Assembly: GCA_011523725.1 (NCBI GenBank)
Contig: WTGD01000348.1
Location: 1 to 33,599, forward strand
Source: Nitrospinota bacterium
GTDB lineage: Bacteria; UBA8248
DNA: 33,599 bases
Direction: 5' to 3'
Shown here: piece after piece, positions 16,627 to 25,384 of the stretch
Numbering within the stretch: position 1 is the stretch's first letter
How the letters are laid out: the number at the start of each line of letters is the position of its first letter
Translations under genes and position numbers: made by a program
Notes under the pieces: generated by a model
Databases searched by the model: none
Seen by the model: the letters and a program-made list of their open reading frames with translations, nothing else
What the model was told of the DNA's origin: nothing

Positions 16627-16703
16627 AATCTTTTTATATATCAGTGTGTTATGTAGCTTTATTGAAGTAATATAGAGATAATCATCCCGGTTCTCAGGGG
16701 ATG

Positions 16704-17606
16704 TTAGCGATTCTTTCGTTTGAGTCTGCGCCGGTTCACTTTCTTGATGTGTTTCGCGATGTAATTCACGAGAGCGGGGTTGCCGATAAGCAGGGATTGT
16801 CGCCATTTGCGCGCGGCGTCCAGGTCTTTGGGCGTGTTCTCCCCGGAGAAGAAGCTATCCAGTTCGCTCCACCTGTTCGTGCGGTCCCGCCGGGCGAGTG
16901 TGACGCCCCCCGCTTCTTTCACGATGACCGCGCCCGCCGCCACATCCCAGATGCTGGGAACGCCGAAGAGCGTATAGTGCAGGCCGCCGCGCGCCACGAG
17001 AGCCTGCTCGTAGCACATCGAGCCCGTGGCGCGCACCTCACCCAGGTTTTTCTTGAGCGGCCCCGTGGGGCGAAATTGCGTCCAGTATGAGCCGGGGAGC
17101 GCAACGATGCGCTTTCCCGTGGGCTTGTCCTCTCCCGCCACCTCGATTCGGTGATCGTTGCGATACGCTCCGCCCCCCTCAAAAGCGTGGTAGATGGTGC
17201 CTTTCTCCTCCGGCGTGAAAATCGCGCCCGCAATCGAGCGTCCGCGCTGCAGGACTCCCACGGAACACCCCCAGACGTGCAGGCCGTTCAGAAAATTCTT
17301 CGTGCCGTCCAGAGGGTCCAGAACCCAGAGATACTCGGGCACTTCGCGCGCGCCCTGCGCTTTGGCTTCTGCTTCGTCTTCGGGTTTTTCCTCGCCCAAA
17401 ACGCCATGCGCCGGAAATTTTTCGTTTATCGCTTTGGTCAGAAACTCCTGGCTCGCGCGGTCGGCTTCGCTCACCGGGTCGGTTTTGGCCTTGTTCTTGT
17501 AGTCCACCTCCACCTGCTTCCCGAAAAGCCCCATCAGGATTTCTCCCGCCTCGCGGGCGAATCTGGAAGCGGCTTCGGCCAACTCGCGGGGAGCAGGGTC
17601 GTTCAT
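16704..17606 (-). CDS. inositol monophosphatase family protein (SuhB/CysQ-like phosphatase)
   Basis: 300 aa. IMPase motifs are ...DPVSEADRASQ..., ...LWVLDPLDGTKNFLNG... and ...WDVAAGAVIVKEAGG... It has an unusually basic C-terminal tail, KKVNRRRLKRKNR. The start overlaps the upstream stop (ATGA). Confidence 0.9.
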   Translation of the reverse strand: MNDPAPRELAEAASRFAREAGEILMGLFGKQVEVDYKNKAKTDPVSEADRASQEFLTKAINEKFPAHGVLGEEKPEDEAEAKAQGAREVPEYLWVLDPLDGTKNFLNGLHVWGCSVGVLQRGRSIAGAIFTPEEKGTIYHAFEGGGAYRNDHRIEVAGEDKPTGKRIVALPGSYWTQFRPTGPLKKNLGEVRATGSMCYEQALVARGGLHYTLFGVPSIWDVAAGAVIVKEAGGVTLARRDRTNRWSELDSFFSGENTPKDLDAARKWRQSLLIGNPALVNYIAKHIKKVNRRRLKRKNR

Positions 17607-18652
17607 TGTCCACGCTCCAGCGGAGGGAGGTCGAGCCTTCGGGCGATTTCATCGAGTTCCGCAAGCCGCTCGGGCGAGAGTTCGAACCCGTTTTCCCTGC
17701 GTTCTATCTCGCTTTGATGCTCGATTTCGCCGGGCATGAAAATCGTCTCCACACCCGCGGCTTTGGGCGTCGCCTTGATGACGGAGATGAAGGCGCCTGC
17801 GGCGGCCCGGAACTCAGATATCGGAAGCAGCGCTTCGACGTTGATGGCGGCGAAAACGCTCGTGACGCGGCTTTTCCCGTGAAACTCGTTGATGCCCACG
17901 ATCTCGTGGCTGTGGCCTCCGCCCGCGAGGGAACCCAGAATGGCGTCGATCGCGATGGAAAGCCCGCTGCCCTTATACCCCGCAATCGGGGAGAGCAGGG
18001 AGCTTTCGAGAACTTGATGGGGGTCGGTGGTGGGTCTTCCCTCCTTGTCCAGTCCCCAGCCCTCGGGAATGAGTTCGCCCGCGCGCGCCGCCTCGATGAT
18101 GTAGCCTCGCGCCACGACGGAGAGCGCCATGTCCAGCACCATGGGCGGGTCGCTCGGCAGGGCGATAGAGACGGGATTGTTGCCGATTCTGGGTTCCTTG
18201 CCTCCTGCCGGGGGCAGGACGCGCAGCGTGTTCGTCGTGACGAGACCGACCATGCCCGCTTCGGGAGCCATGGCCGCGTACGTCGCGGCGGCGCCGAAAT
18301 GGTTGCTCTCCTTGAGCAGGACGACGCCCACGTTGTGGGTTCGGGCGCGGGCGATGGCCTCTTCCATCGCGCGTTTGGAGACCACCTGGCCCATGCCGTT
18401 GTCGCCGTCTGCGAGCGCGAGTGCGCCTGCATCCTTGACGATGCGGAAATCAGGCGCCGGATTCGCCAGCTTGACCTCCAGACGCCTGGCGTAGTGCGGC
18501 ATGCGGATCACGCCGTGGCTGGTGACGCCACGCAACTCGGCCGTCACGAGCGTATCCGCCGTCCATGCCGCGTCCCCTTCCGGCATGCCCAGCTTGGTGA
18601 ATACCCGGTTCAAAAAAACTTGGAGTTTCTCGCCTGTCGTATGTCCGCTCAT
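17603..18652 (-). CDS. Ldh_2 family (malate/L-lactate/sulfolactate dehydrogenase type 2) oxidoreductase
   Basis: 349 aa. The N-terminal hallmark ...TADTLVTAELRGVTSHGVIRMPHYARRL... and ...SNHFGAAATYA... are typical of the Ldh_2 family. Confidence 0.9.
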   Translation of the reverse strand: MSGHTTGEKLQVFLNRVFTKLGMPEGDAAWTADTLVTAELRGVTSHGVIRMPHYARRLEVKLANPAPDFRIVKDAGALALADGDNGMGQVVSKRAMEEAIARARTHNVGVVLLKESNHFGAAATYAAMAPEAGMVGLVTTNTLRVLPPAGGKEPRIGNNPVSIALPSDPPMVLDMALSVVARGYIIEAARAGELIPEGWGLDKEGRPTTDPHQVLESSLLSPIAGYKGSGLSIAIDAILGSLAGGGHSHEIVGINEFHGKSRVTSVFAAINVEALLPISEFRAAAGAFISVIKATPKAAGVETIFMPGEIEHQSEIERRENGFELSPERLAELDEIARRLDLPPLERGQ

Positions 18653-19225
18653 TCACTCCTCACGCGTGAACAGATAGGCCATTCCGTGCCGGACGTGCTC
18701 GCCCGAGTCGACTTCGCTCAGAAAATCAGACCGCGAAACCGACCAGCGGTTCACCTCGTTTAATTCCCGCACGCTCCAGCCGGGCGCTTCCCAAAGCGCT
18801 TCGCTCCCGGCGTAGCCCGGCCCCCCCTGCACCACCGCCAGATACCAACGGATGCTCCTCGCACCCAATATCTGTCGCTCGGCGCCTGAATCATACGGCA
18901 GCCAGCAGGAGAACACGAAATCGGGTGCGTGAGCGATGAGCGCATCCCGCGCGTCCAGGGCTTCGGTTCCATCGCTTCCGGCGGGGTCGGTGAGTTTCAG
19001 GTTCACGCCGCGCGCCTTGAGCGCTTTTCCGATCGCCCCGTCGCCGGCTGCCACTTCCAGGGGCGATTCGGGAGCAAGGGCCAGGATTTCCTCCCCAAGC
19101 GCATTCAGCCACTCGACCACGGGAAGCTGGTAGAGGTTTTCCCTCTCGCAGTAAACGAGCCAGCCGTCCCCCCGCTCTTCTTCGGCGAGCATCGCGACCG
19201 CCTCGGCGTAGGGAAGGGGATTCAT
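18653..19225 (-). CDS. hypothetical protein with a class I SAM-methyltransferase-like fold (tentative)
   Basis: The track ORF starts at TTG 19255. I prefer ATG 19225 (AGAGG upstream), giving 190 aa. It has a motif-I-like PLEVAAGDGAIG, followed by an acidic residue after the next strand (LKLTD). Its stop directly abuts the Ldh_2 start (TGAATG). Confidence 0.55.
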   Translation of the reverse strand: MNPLPYAEAVAMLAEEERGDGWLVYCERENLYQLPVVEWLNALGEEILALAPESPLEVAAGDGAIGKALKARGVNLKLTDPAGSDGTEALDARDALIAHAPDFVFSCWLPYDSGAERQILGARSIRWYLAVVQGGPGYAGSEALWEAPGWSVRELNEVNRWSVSRSDFLSEVDSGEHVRHGMAYLFTREE

Positions 19226-19314
19226 CTTATGGCCTCTGGCAATGAACATCTGCAATGCCAGCCGCGTGAAACAAACCCCCGGAGGGCGTCCTCCGGGGGC
19301 CGGTGATGAATCTC

Positions 19315-20523
19315 CTAGACGCTGGGCCCATTCCTGTTGATGGCGAAGGCGTTGTCTTCGTGCAGAATCTCGGCTTTCGTCATCTTCCCGCTCGCGACTT
19401 CTATCACCTCGTCATAGACGCGTCGTCCCGCCACCTCGATGGGCGCGCCCTCGAAGATGTCCGTCACGTCCACGTCCGTGGTATCGGCCTGCAGCTTCGC
19501 CGAGAGCGGGTTGCCCGTGATGCGGATGGTGCTCATCAGAGGGTGGTTGATGGTATGTCCGCCGCCCGTGGAGAAGATGAGCACTTGAGAGCCGCCCGCC
19601 GCGATGCCGGTAATGGACTCTCCCCCGTGGCCCGGGGTGTCCATCACGTGGAGGCCGCTTCTGCGGTTCGCGCGCTTCGCCCACGGAATCACGTCCACGA
19701 TGGGGGCGGAGCCCGCCTTCTGGATGGCGCCCAGGGATTTCTCTTCAATCGTGGTCAGGCCGCCCTCCATGTTGTCGCCCGTGGGCTGGCTGCCCCTGAG
19801 GTCGACGCCGCAGGCGAGGATGCGTTCTTCCATCTCCTCCACCATCCTCCAGATGCGCTTGCCCAGGGCCGGCCTCACGCATTTGTCGGCCAGCACGCCC
19901 TCGCCGCCCATCATCTCCGTGGTTTCGGCCAAAAGCGCGCGTCCGCCCAGCTTGACGACCTGATCCGTCACCCAGCCGGTGGCCTTGTTGTGCGAGAGGC
20001 CCGACGTGGTGTCCGACGTTCCGCAGTTGAGCCCCAGCAGGAGCTTGCTCACCGAAACTTCCTGGCGGCGTTCGTTCGTGAGTTCTCTCAACATCTCCAT
20101 GCCGATGCGCGTGGCCTTGGCGGTGGCGTCTATCGCGCCGCCGTCCTCGCGGATGTTGATCGCCTCCACGCGTTTTCCCGTTTTGGCGATTTCATGGGCG
20201 ATCTCGTCCGCCGTGCAGCCTTCCTCGCGGTGGTGATCGATGACGATGACGGCGCCCGCGTTGGCGTTCTGTCCGTGACCGACGAGGGTCTCGAACGTGC
20301 GCTGGATGTCGGGGCCGATCTGGCAGCGGCCCAGCGGGTGGGTGAGGGCGACGCTATGGCGCAGGGTTCTGGCGACGCGCTCACACGTGGGGTTGGCGTA
20401 AAGGGTGCCGCTCAGCACGAGCAGGTAGTTTCTCGCGCCCACGTCCCCGTTTTCCCTGGGGTATCCCCACCAGGTTTTTCTCAGACGTTTCGATCTCGTA
20501 GCGCTTCCGTTTCTTCCGGCCAT
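19315..20523 (-). CDS. UxaA-family hydro-lyase, large (catalytic) subunit; SuyB / altronate-galactarate dehydratase C-terminal-domain-like
   Basis: 402 aa. ...WWGYPRENGDVGARNYLLVL....THPLGRCQ... and the rest of the protein resemble the C-terminal domain of the UxaA/GarD family. A strong SD (AAGGAGG) lies 15 nt after the small-subunit stop. Confidence 0.85.
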   Translation of the reverse strand: MAGRNGSATRSKRLRKTWWGYPRENGDVGARNYLLVLSGTLYANPTCERVARTLRHSVALTHPLGRCQIGPDIQRTFETLVGHGQNANAGAVIVIDHHREEGCTADEIAHEIAKTGKRVEAINIREDGGAIDATAKATRIGMEMLRELTNERRQEVSVSKLLLGLNCGTSDTTSGLSHNKATGWVTDQVVKLGGRALLAETTEMMGGEGVLADKCVRPALGKRIWRMVEEMEERILACGVDLRGSQPTGDNMEGGLTTIEEKSLGAIQKAGSAPIVDVIPWAKRANRRSGLHVMDTPGHGGESITGIAAGGSQVLIFSTGGGHTINHPLMSTIRITGNPLSAKLQADTTDVDVTDIFEGAPIEVAGRRVYDEVIEVASGKMTKAEILHEDNAFAINRNGPSV

Positions 20524-20538
20524 GGTGGACCTCCTTCT

Positions 20539-20832
20539 CTAAGCGAGGTCGCCGCGGCCGCGGGCGCTCTCTATGTTGTGTACGTGAATGTAGTCGCCCA
20601 CCTCGATGTCCTTGCTCGCCACGCCGATGGACAGGCCGTATTTCATGCAGTGCTCGCCCTTTTTCAGGGGCTTGATGCAGATTTTGTGGATGTAGGGAAT
20701 CGACTGATTGGCCTTGAGCGTCTTGCCCATCTTGCCGTTGAGCATGAGGCGAACCGAGCCTCCCTTCACCACCTTTTCGAGACAGGTGGCGACGTTGTCT
20801 CCTTTTTCGATGATCATGGCAGTTACCGGCAT
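20539..20832 (-). CDS. UxaA-family hydro-lyase, small SAF-domain subunit (SuyA-like)
   Basis: 97 aa. ...KGDNVATCLEKVVKGGSV....IPYIHKICIKPLKKGEHCMKYGLSIGVASKDIEVGDYIHVHN... matches the SAF/N-terminal domain of UxaA-type dehydratases, here encoded as a separate polypeptide. The SD is AAGGAGAAG. Confidence 0.85.
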   Translation of the reverse strand: MPVTAMIIEKGDNVATCLEKVVKGGSVRLMLNGKMGKTLKANQSIPYIHKICIKPLKKGEHCMKYGLSIGVASKDIEVGDYIHVHNIESARGRGDLA

Positions 20833-20968
20833 GTCTTCTCCTTCAAAAATTCAGGGCGCGAAAACCCTCGCACCCAATCACGTGACGGATAATTGAGGAA
20901 CGTCCAATCAACGAGCCATAAAACTAGCGCATGGGGGCCGACACTTCAACAAAGGCGGGGGTTTTTCA

Positions 20969-22024
20969 TTACGCCCGGCCCCTGGACAAGGGCGCCACGC
21001 CCACCTCCGCCGCTATCCGGTCCATATCCTGCGCGAGCGCTTCTTTGATCGTGATGCCCTCGGTGAGCGCAGCTTTATATCTGCGGTGAGCGCCTTCGCC
21101 GGGGATGCGAATTTCATCGAAGCCGGGTGCGAGTCCCGAAGCTTTGATGCGCGTCACGGCCTCATCCACGGCCGCCTTGTAGTCGCCGCCCAGGCATCTC
21201 TCCGGGTCTATCGCCATGGCGAACATCGGCAGTCCGAAGGGCTTGTCCGTCTCCAGCCAGTCGGGCTGATCGGCGTCGAAACCGTTGCCCGAAAGCGCGC
21301 CCGTCAGGAAGGTGAACATGAGCGCCAGACCATATCCCTTGTAATCGCCCAGGGGCAGCATCGTTCCCCTGGCGGCGAGGGCGGCGTCCGTGGTCGGGTT
21401 GCCCGCAGGGTCAAGCGCCCAGCCCTCGGGAATCGGCTCACCCGTCCTGGCGGCCAGGAGCACATAGCCTCTCGCCACCTTGGAGGTGGCGATGTCGAAG
21501 AGGATGGGATATTCCTGGTTCGAGGGTACCGCGAAGGCGACCGGGTTGTTCCCGATCATTCTCTCGAAACCGCCCCACGGGGCGAGATTTCCCACCGCGC
21601 CGCTGATGACCACCCCGATCATGCCGTGCTCGAGCGCCATCGCGGCGAAATAGCCGATGTGGCCCGTGTGTGAGGATTTGCGGATCGCGGTAGCGCCGAT
21701 GCCGCCGGCTTTCGCCTTTTCGATGGCGACCTCCATGGCGCGCCGCGCGACGACGGCGCTCATGCCGTAGTCCCCATCCAGCAGAGAAAAGGCGGGCAGA
21801 TCGGTGATTGTTCGCACATGGGGTTTCGAGTTCGCCGTTCCTTTTTTAAGACGCTCCACGAAGACCCCGAAGCGAACGCACCCATGCGAGCTTACGCCCC
21901 TCAGCTCGGCGTCCACAATCTGGGCCGCACACGCATTGGCGTCCGCCTCGGGCAAGCCGAGAGCCTGATAGACGCGCGCGAGATAGGCATGGAGGTCTTT
22001 CGCATGCACCTTGATGTCCGGCAT
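20969..22024 (-). CDS. Ldh_2 family oxidoreductase (second copy)
   Basis: The track ORF starts at TTG 22060. I use ATG 22024 (GGGGAGAAAAA upstream), giving 351 aa. The hallmark is ...AAQIVDAELRGVSSHGCVRFGVFVERL...SSHTGHIGYFA... Confidence 0.9.
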   Translation of the reverse strand: MPDIKVHAKDLHAYLARVYQALGLPEADANACAAQIVDAELRGVSSHGCVRFGVFVERLKKGTANSKPHVRTITDLPAFSLLDGDYGMSAVVARRAMEVAIEKAKAGGIGATAIRKSSHTGHIGYFAAMALEHGMIGVVISGAVGNLAPWGGFERMIGNNPVAFAVPSNQEYPILFDIATSKVARGYVLLAARTGEPIPEGWALDPAGNPTTDAALAARGTMLPLGDYKGYGLALMFTFLTGALSGNGFDADQPDWLETDKPFGLPMFAMAIDPERCLGGDYKAAVDEAVTRIKASGLAPGFDEIRIPGEGAHRRYKAALTEGITIKEALAQDMDRIAAEVGVAPLSRGRA

Positions 22025-22151
22025 TTTTTCTCCCCGCGCGGGCTTGAAAGCCGCGCGCAAACAAATCCCCGGCTTCGTCTTGGCGGATGGGGAAAAGAGT
22101 GTTAAGAGCTATTGCGGTGAGTTTGCCTTTATACATGGAGGATTCGCAAGC

Positions 22152-23240
22152 ATGAAAGCGTGGCGTTTCTACGCCTTTGGCGATATGCGATTGGATGAAG
22201 TGCCGGACCCCGTGGTGAAACCGGGCTGGGCCTTGTGCAAGGTGCGGCGGGTGCAGCCGAGCATCACCGACGTGCAGAGGTCTTTGGGAATCGGAACCAT
22301 CAATTCGGCGCTTTTGAGGGAAATGCTCGAAAAGCACGCGCCCGTCCAGTTGCTGGGGCACGAGATGAGCGCCGAAGTCGTCGAGGTGGGCGATGGCGTC
22401 GAGCATCTCAAGCCGGGTGACAGGGTGTGCACCTCGGGCCACGTCCCGTGTCTTGATTGCAGTTTCTGCCGCGAGGGTCGGGAGATGTACTGCGTCGACA
22501 AGCTGCACGTGGGCATAAACACGCCGGGCGCGTTCGCCGAATACATCTCGCTGCCGGCGCACGGCCTCGTGCGGCCGCCGCAGACGCTGGACGATTCATC
22601 CATCGCATGTCTCCAGCCGCTTTCCTCCACGGTCGCCGCCATGCGCGACGCGAAGGTTCAGCCGGGCGAGACGGTGGCCATCACCGGGCAGGGGGTCATG
22701 GGACTCTACGCCTTACAGGCCGCGCGGACCTGCGGGGCGGGGGCGGTCCACGTGAGCGACGTGAAGGATGAAGCCCTCGCCCTGAGCCGCAAGTTCGGGG
22801 CGGATGAGGTCATCGACGCGAGAGTCGACGACCCCGTCGAGAGGGTGATGGAGATAACGGAGGGCAGGGGGGTCGACCTCGTATTCGAGTGCGCCGGCGG
22901 CAACGCGGATCAGGGCCTCTCGGGCCACACCACGCTTCACCAGGCGACGCGCATGGTGCGGATCGGCGGGCGCGTCATCCAGATAGCGGGTTTGATTGGA
23001 GATGTGAAATTCGACCCGGTCTTCATGCGCGCACAGGGCATACAGTGGGTTTTCCCGGAAGGACACGGCGCGGACACCGTGGCCCTCGGCGGCAAGTGGG
23101 TAGCCAGCGGGAGGATCGACGTGAACTCTCTGATCACCCACGAGGAGCACGGGATCGAAAACCTGCCCCGCGTGATGGAGATCACCGACAAGAAGGCCGA
23201 GTACCGGGCCACGAATCCTTGCCAGCTCGTGCTGGCTTAA
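22152..23240 (+). CDS. zinc-dependent medium-chain alcohol dehydrogenase (sorbitol/threonine dehydrogenase-like)
   Basis: The track ORF starts at 22011. I use ATG 22152 (GGAGGA upstream), giving 362 aa (MKAWRFYAF...). It has the zinc-ADH signature GHEMSAEVVEVGDGVEHLKPGDRV, the structural-zinc Cys cluster CLDCSFCREGREMYC, and the Rossmann motif ITGQGVMG. Confidence 0.9.
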   Translation: MKAWRFYAFGDMRLDEVPDPVVKPGWALCKVRRVQPSITDVQRSLGIGTINSALLREMLEKHAPVQLLGHEMSAEVVEVGDGVEHLKPGDRVCTSGHVPCLDCSFCREGREMYCVDKLHVGINTPGAFAEYISLPAHGLVRPPQTLDDSSIACLQPLSSTVAAMRDAKVQPGETVAITGQGVMGLYALQAARTCGAGAVHVSDVKDEALALSRKFGADEVIDARVDDPVERVMEITEGRGVDLVFECAGGNADQGLSGHTTLHQATRMVRIGGRVIQIAGLIGDVKFDPVFMRAQGIQWVFPEGHGADTVALGGKWVASGRIDVNSLITHEEHGIENLPRVMEITDKKAEYRATNPCQLVLA

Positions 23241-23287
23241 GCAGCAGTATTTCAGCGTTTTATTCATGATTTTCTAGGGAGAAAAAG

Positions 23288-24076
23288 ATGGATCTTGGTC
23301 TGACGGGAAAAATTGCGATCGTAACGGGCGCGAGCCGCGGCATCGGACGTGAATGCGCGGTCGCGCTGGCGAGAGAAGGCGCCCGCGTGTGCGCCACGGC
23401 GCGGGATGAGGCGCTTCTGGCCGAGGTGGTCGAAGCCGTGAACGCTGCAGGGGGCGAAGGCATGTCCGTCTCCTCCGATCTGACGTCGCTCGAGGGTTGC
23501 GAGAGAGTGGTCGATGCGTGCGTCGCGAATTTCGGTGGCGTGGACATCCTCATCAACAGCGCGGGCGCAGCGCGGGGCGGAGATATACTGGCGCTCGACG
23601 CTGAGTTCATCACCGAGGCCCTCACGCTCAAGACCTACGGGTATCTGCGCCTTTCGCAGCTGGTGATTCCCCACATGAAGAAAAACGGCTGGGGCCGGAT
23701 CGTGAACATCGCGGGCGGTGCGGGGGCGAGTCCCGCGCGGGGAAACATCCCTACGAGTGCGGCGAATATCACGGTGCTCAACAACACGAGAGCGCTCTCG
23801 GACGCCGTGGCGGGGGAGGGGATTCAGGTGAACACCGTATGTCCGGGCATGACGAACACCCAGCGCGCGCGCGACCTCATGCAGGGGCCTGCGGAGAAAG
23901 CGGGCAAGGACGTGGAGGAATTCTTGAAAGAAGTCGGCGCGAGGACGCCCGCCGGCAGAATCGCCGAGCCCGAGGAGGTGGCGAACGTCGCGGCGTTCCT
24001 GGCCTCCGCCGCGTGTTCTTACGTGAACGGCAGTTCCCTCTACATGGACGGCGGCGGCCGCAGAGCGACCCCGTAA
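23288..24076 (+). CDS. SDR-fold protein with intact NAD(P) motifs but lacking the canonical Ser-Tyr-Lys triad
   Basis: 262 aa. TGASRGIG and INSAG are present. Where classical SDRs read NISS...Y-x-x-x-K, this protein reads NIAGGAGASPARGNIPTSAANITVL. The PG motif is retained (VCPGMTNT). Confidence 0.85.
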   Translation: MDLGLTGKIAIVTGASRGIGRECAVALAREGARVCATARDEALLAEVVEAVNAAGGEGMSVSSDLTSLEGCERVVDACVANFGGVDILINSAGAARGGDILALDAEFITEALTLKTYGYLRLSQLVIPHMKKNGWGRIVNIAGGAGASPARGNIPTSAANITVLNNTRALSDAVAGEGIQVNTVCPGMTNTQRARDLMQGPAEKAGKDVEEFLKEVGARTPAGRIAEPEEVANVAAFLASAACSYVNGSSLYMDGGGRRATP

Positions 24077-24096
24077 ATTGCAACTGACGCGATTTC

Positions 24097-24138
24097 TCCT
24101 CCGGGCGGGCCCTGCAGCCCGCCCGGAGGATTTTTCTT
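24097..24138 (+). terminator. Rho-independent terminator
   Basis: A perfect 14-bp GC-rich stem: TCCTCCGGGCGGGC (24097-24110) pairs with GCCCGCCCGGAGGA (24117-24130). The loop is the 6 nt CCTGCA, followed by TTTTTCTT. It begins 21 nt after the SDR stop. Confidence 0.8.
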
Positions 24139-24163
24139 GAGCTTACCAAGGATGAGAGAAAAG

Positions 24164-25237
24164 ATGGCGAAACTTTTTGATGCGTTTACTTTGCGGGGCG
24201 TCACGCTCAGGAACCGGATTTGCGTGTCCCCCATGTGTCAGTACAGCGCGGAGGACGGCAAGCTCACCGACTGGCATCTCGTTCACCTGGGCGCCCGTGC
24301 GGTGGGTGGTGCGGGCTTGGTGATGGTCGAGATGACGAACGTGGAGGCGCGGGGACGCATTACGCGCGGGTGCTCGGGCATCTGGTCGGACGATCATGTC
24401 GAGCCGCTGGCGAGGGTCGCGCGTTTCGTCTCCGGCGAAGGGGCCGTCGCCGGGATTCAGATAGGACACGCGGGCCGCAAGGGCAGTTGCGCACCCACTT
24501 GGGAAGGTGGGGGCTATCTCTCCGACGAGGAGGGCGGCTGGGAGATTGTGGCGCCAAGCGCAATTCCGTTTCACGAGAAAGCGCGCGTACCCAAGGCGCT
24601 AAGTGTCGATGAGATCGCCGGGATTCAGGAGGCGTTTCGCCAGGGTGTGAGACGGGCTGACGAGGCGGGTTTCGACTGGCTCGAAATTCACGGCGCGCAC
24701 GGATATCTCTTCCACAGCTTCCATTCTCCGGTTTCAAACCAAAGGGGGGACAACTACGGGGGCAGTTTCGAGAACCGAATCCGCTTCACGGTGGAGACTG
24801 TCCGAATCGTAAGAGAGCAATGGCCGGAGGATAAGCCGCTCGCCATCCGCCTCTCGTGCACCGATTATTTTGAGGGTGGCTGGACGCTCGATGAAACGAT
24901 AGAACTTGCCAGAATCCTCAAATCCGAGGGAGTCGACCTCATCGATTGCAGCGGGGGCGGGGGAACGCCGCTGGCGAAGATTCCCGTGGGGCCGGGCTAT
25001 CAGGTTCCGCTCTCTCACGCCGTGCGCGAGGGATCCGATATTCCAACCGCCACCGTGGGCATGATCACCCAGGCTTGGCAGGCGGATCAGATTGTTCGAA
25101 ACGGCGAGGCCGATATCGTCTTCATGGCGCGCGAGATGCTGCGCGACCCATACTGGCCGCAAAAGGCGGCAGCCGCTCTCGGCGTGAAGGATGATGCCTA
25201 TGTCGCCGACCAGTATCACCGCGCCCACGGGAGATAG
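24164..25237 (+). CDS. NADH:flavin oxidoreductase, Old Yellow Enzyme family (YqjM/NamA type)
   Basis: The start is placed at ATG 24164 (MAKLFDAFTLRGVTLRNRICVSPMCQYSA, a YqjM-like N-terminus), giving 357 aa. The OYE signature is ...EIHGAHGYLFHSFHSPVSNQRGDNYGGSFENR... Confidence 0.9.
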   Translation: MAKLFDAFTLRGVTLRNRICVSPMCQYSAEDGKLTDWHLVHLGARAVGGAGLVMVEMTNVEARGRITRGCSGIWSDDHVEPLARVARFVSGEGAVAGIQIGHAGRKGSCAPTWEGGGYLSDEEGGWEIVAPSAIPFHEKARVPKALSVDEIAGIQEAFRQGVRRADEAGFDWLEIHGAHGYLFHSFHSPVSNQRGDNYGGSFENRIRFTVETVRIVREQWPEDKPLAIRLSCTDYFEGGWTLDETIELARILKSEGVDLIDCSGGGGTPLAKIPVGPGYQVPLSHAVREGSDIPTATVGMITQAWQADQIVRNGEADIVFMAREMLRDPYWPQKAAAALGVKDDAYVADQYHRAHGR

Positions 25238-25298
25238 CTTCCGCTTCGTTGCTTATCGGGACTTCCTCCGCGTCCTTTGTCCACCTGACTTGCAAACA

Positions 25299-25327
25299 TT
25301 GACAGGGGCAATTACCGGTGTTGTAAT
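25299..25327 (+). promoter_or_regulatory. sigma70-type promoter, TTGACA - 17 nt - TGTAAT with an upstream TG (extended -10-like)
   Basis: -35 TTGACA at 25299-25304, a 17-nt spacer, and -10 TGTAAT at 25322-25327 preceded by TGT. It lies about 58 nt upstream of the Liv-type binding-protein ATG. Confidence 0.6.
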
Positions 25328-25384
25328 CTCTCCACTCTCAAACAGTTGAATTTCTGAGTCATTATCCACACGGGAGAAAAGTCG

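Noticed and set aside
16683-16703. Small hairpin CATCCC-(9 nt)-GGGATG just beyond the IMPase-family stop, a possible terminator
   Set aside because: The stem is only 6 bp, the loop is 9 nt, and there is no clear U-tract. That is too weak to call.
19303-20892. 529-aa plus-strand ORF
   Set aside because: It is antisense to both UxaA-family subunit genes, which have strong SD sequences and clear family motifs. Its translation is Ala/Arg/Gly/His-rich and motif-free.
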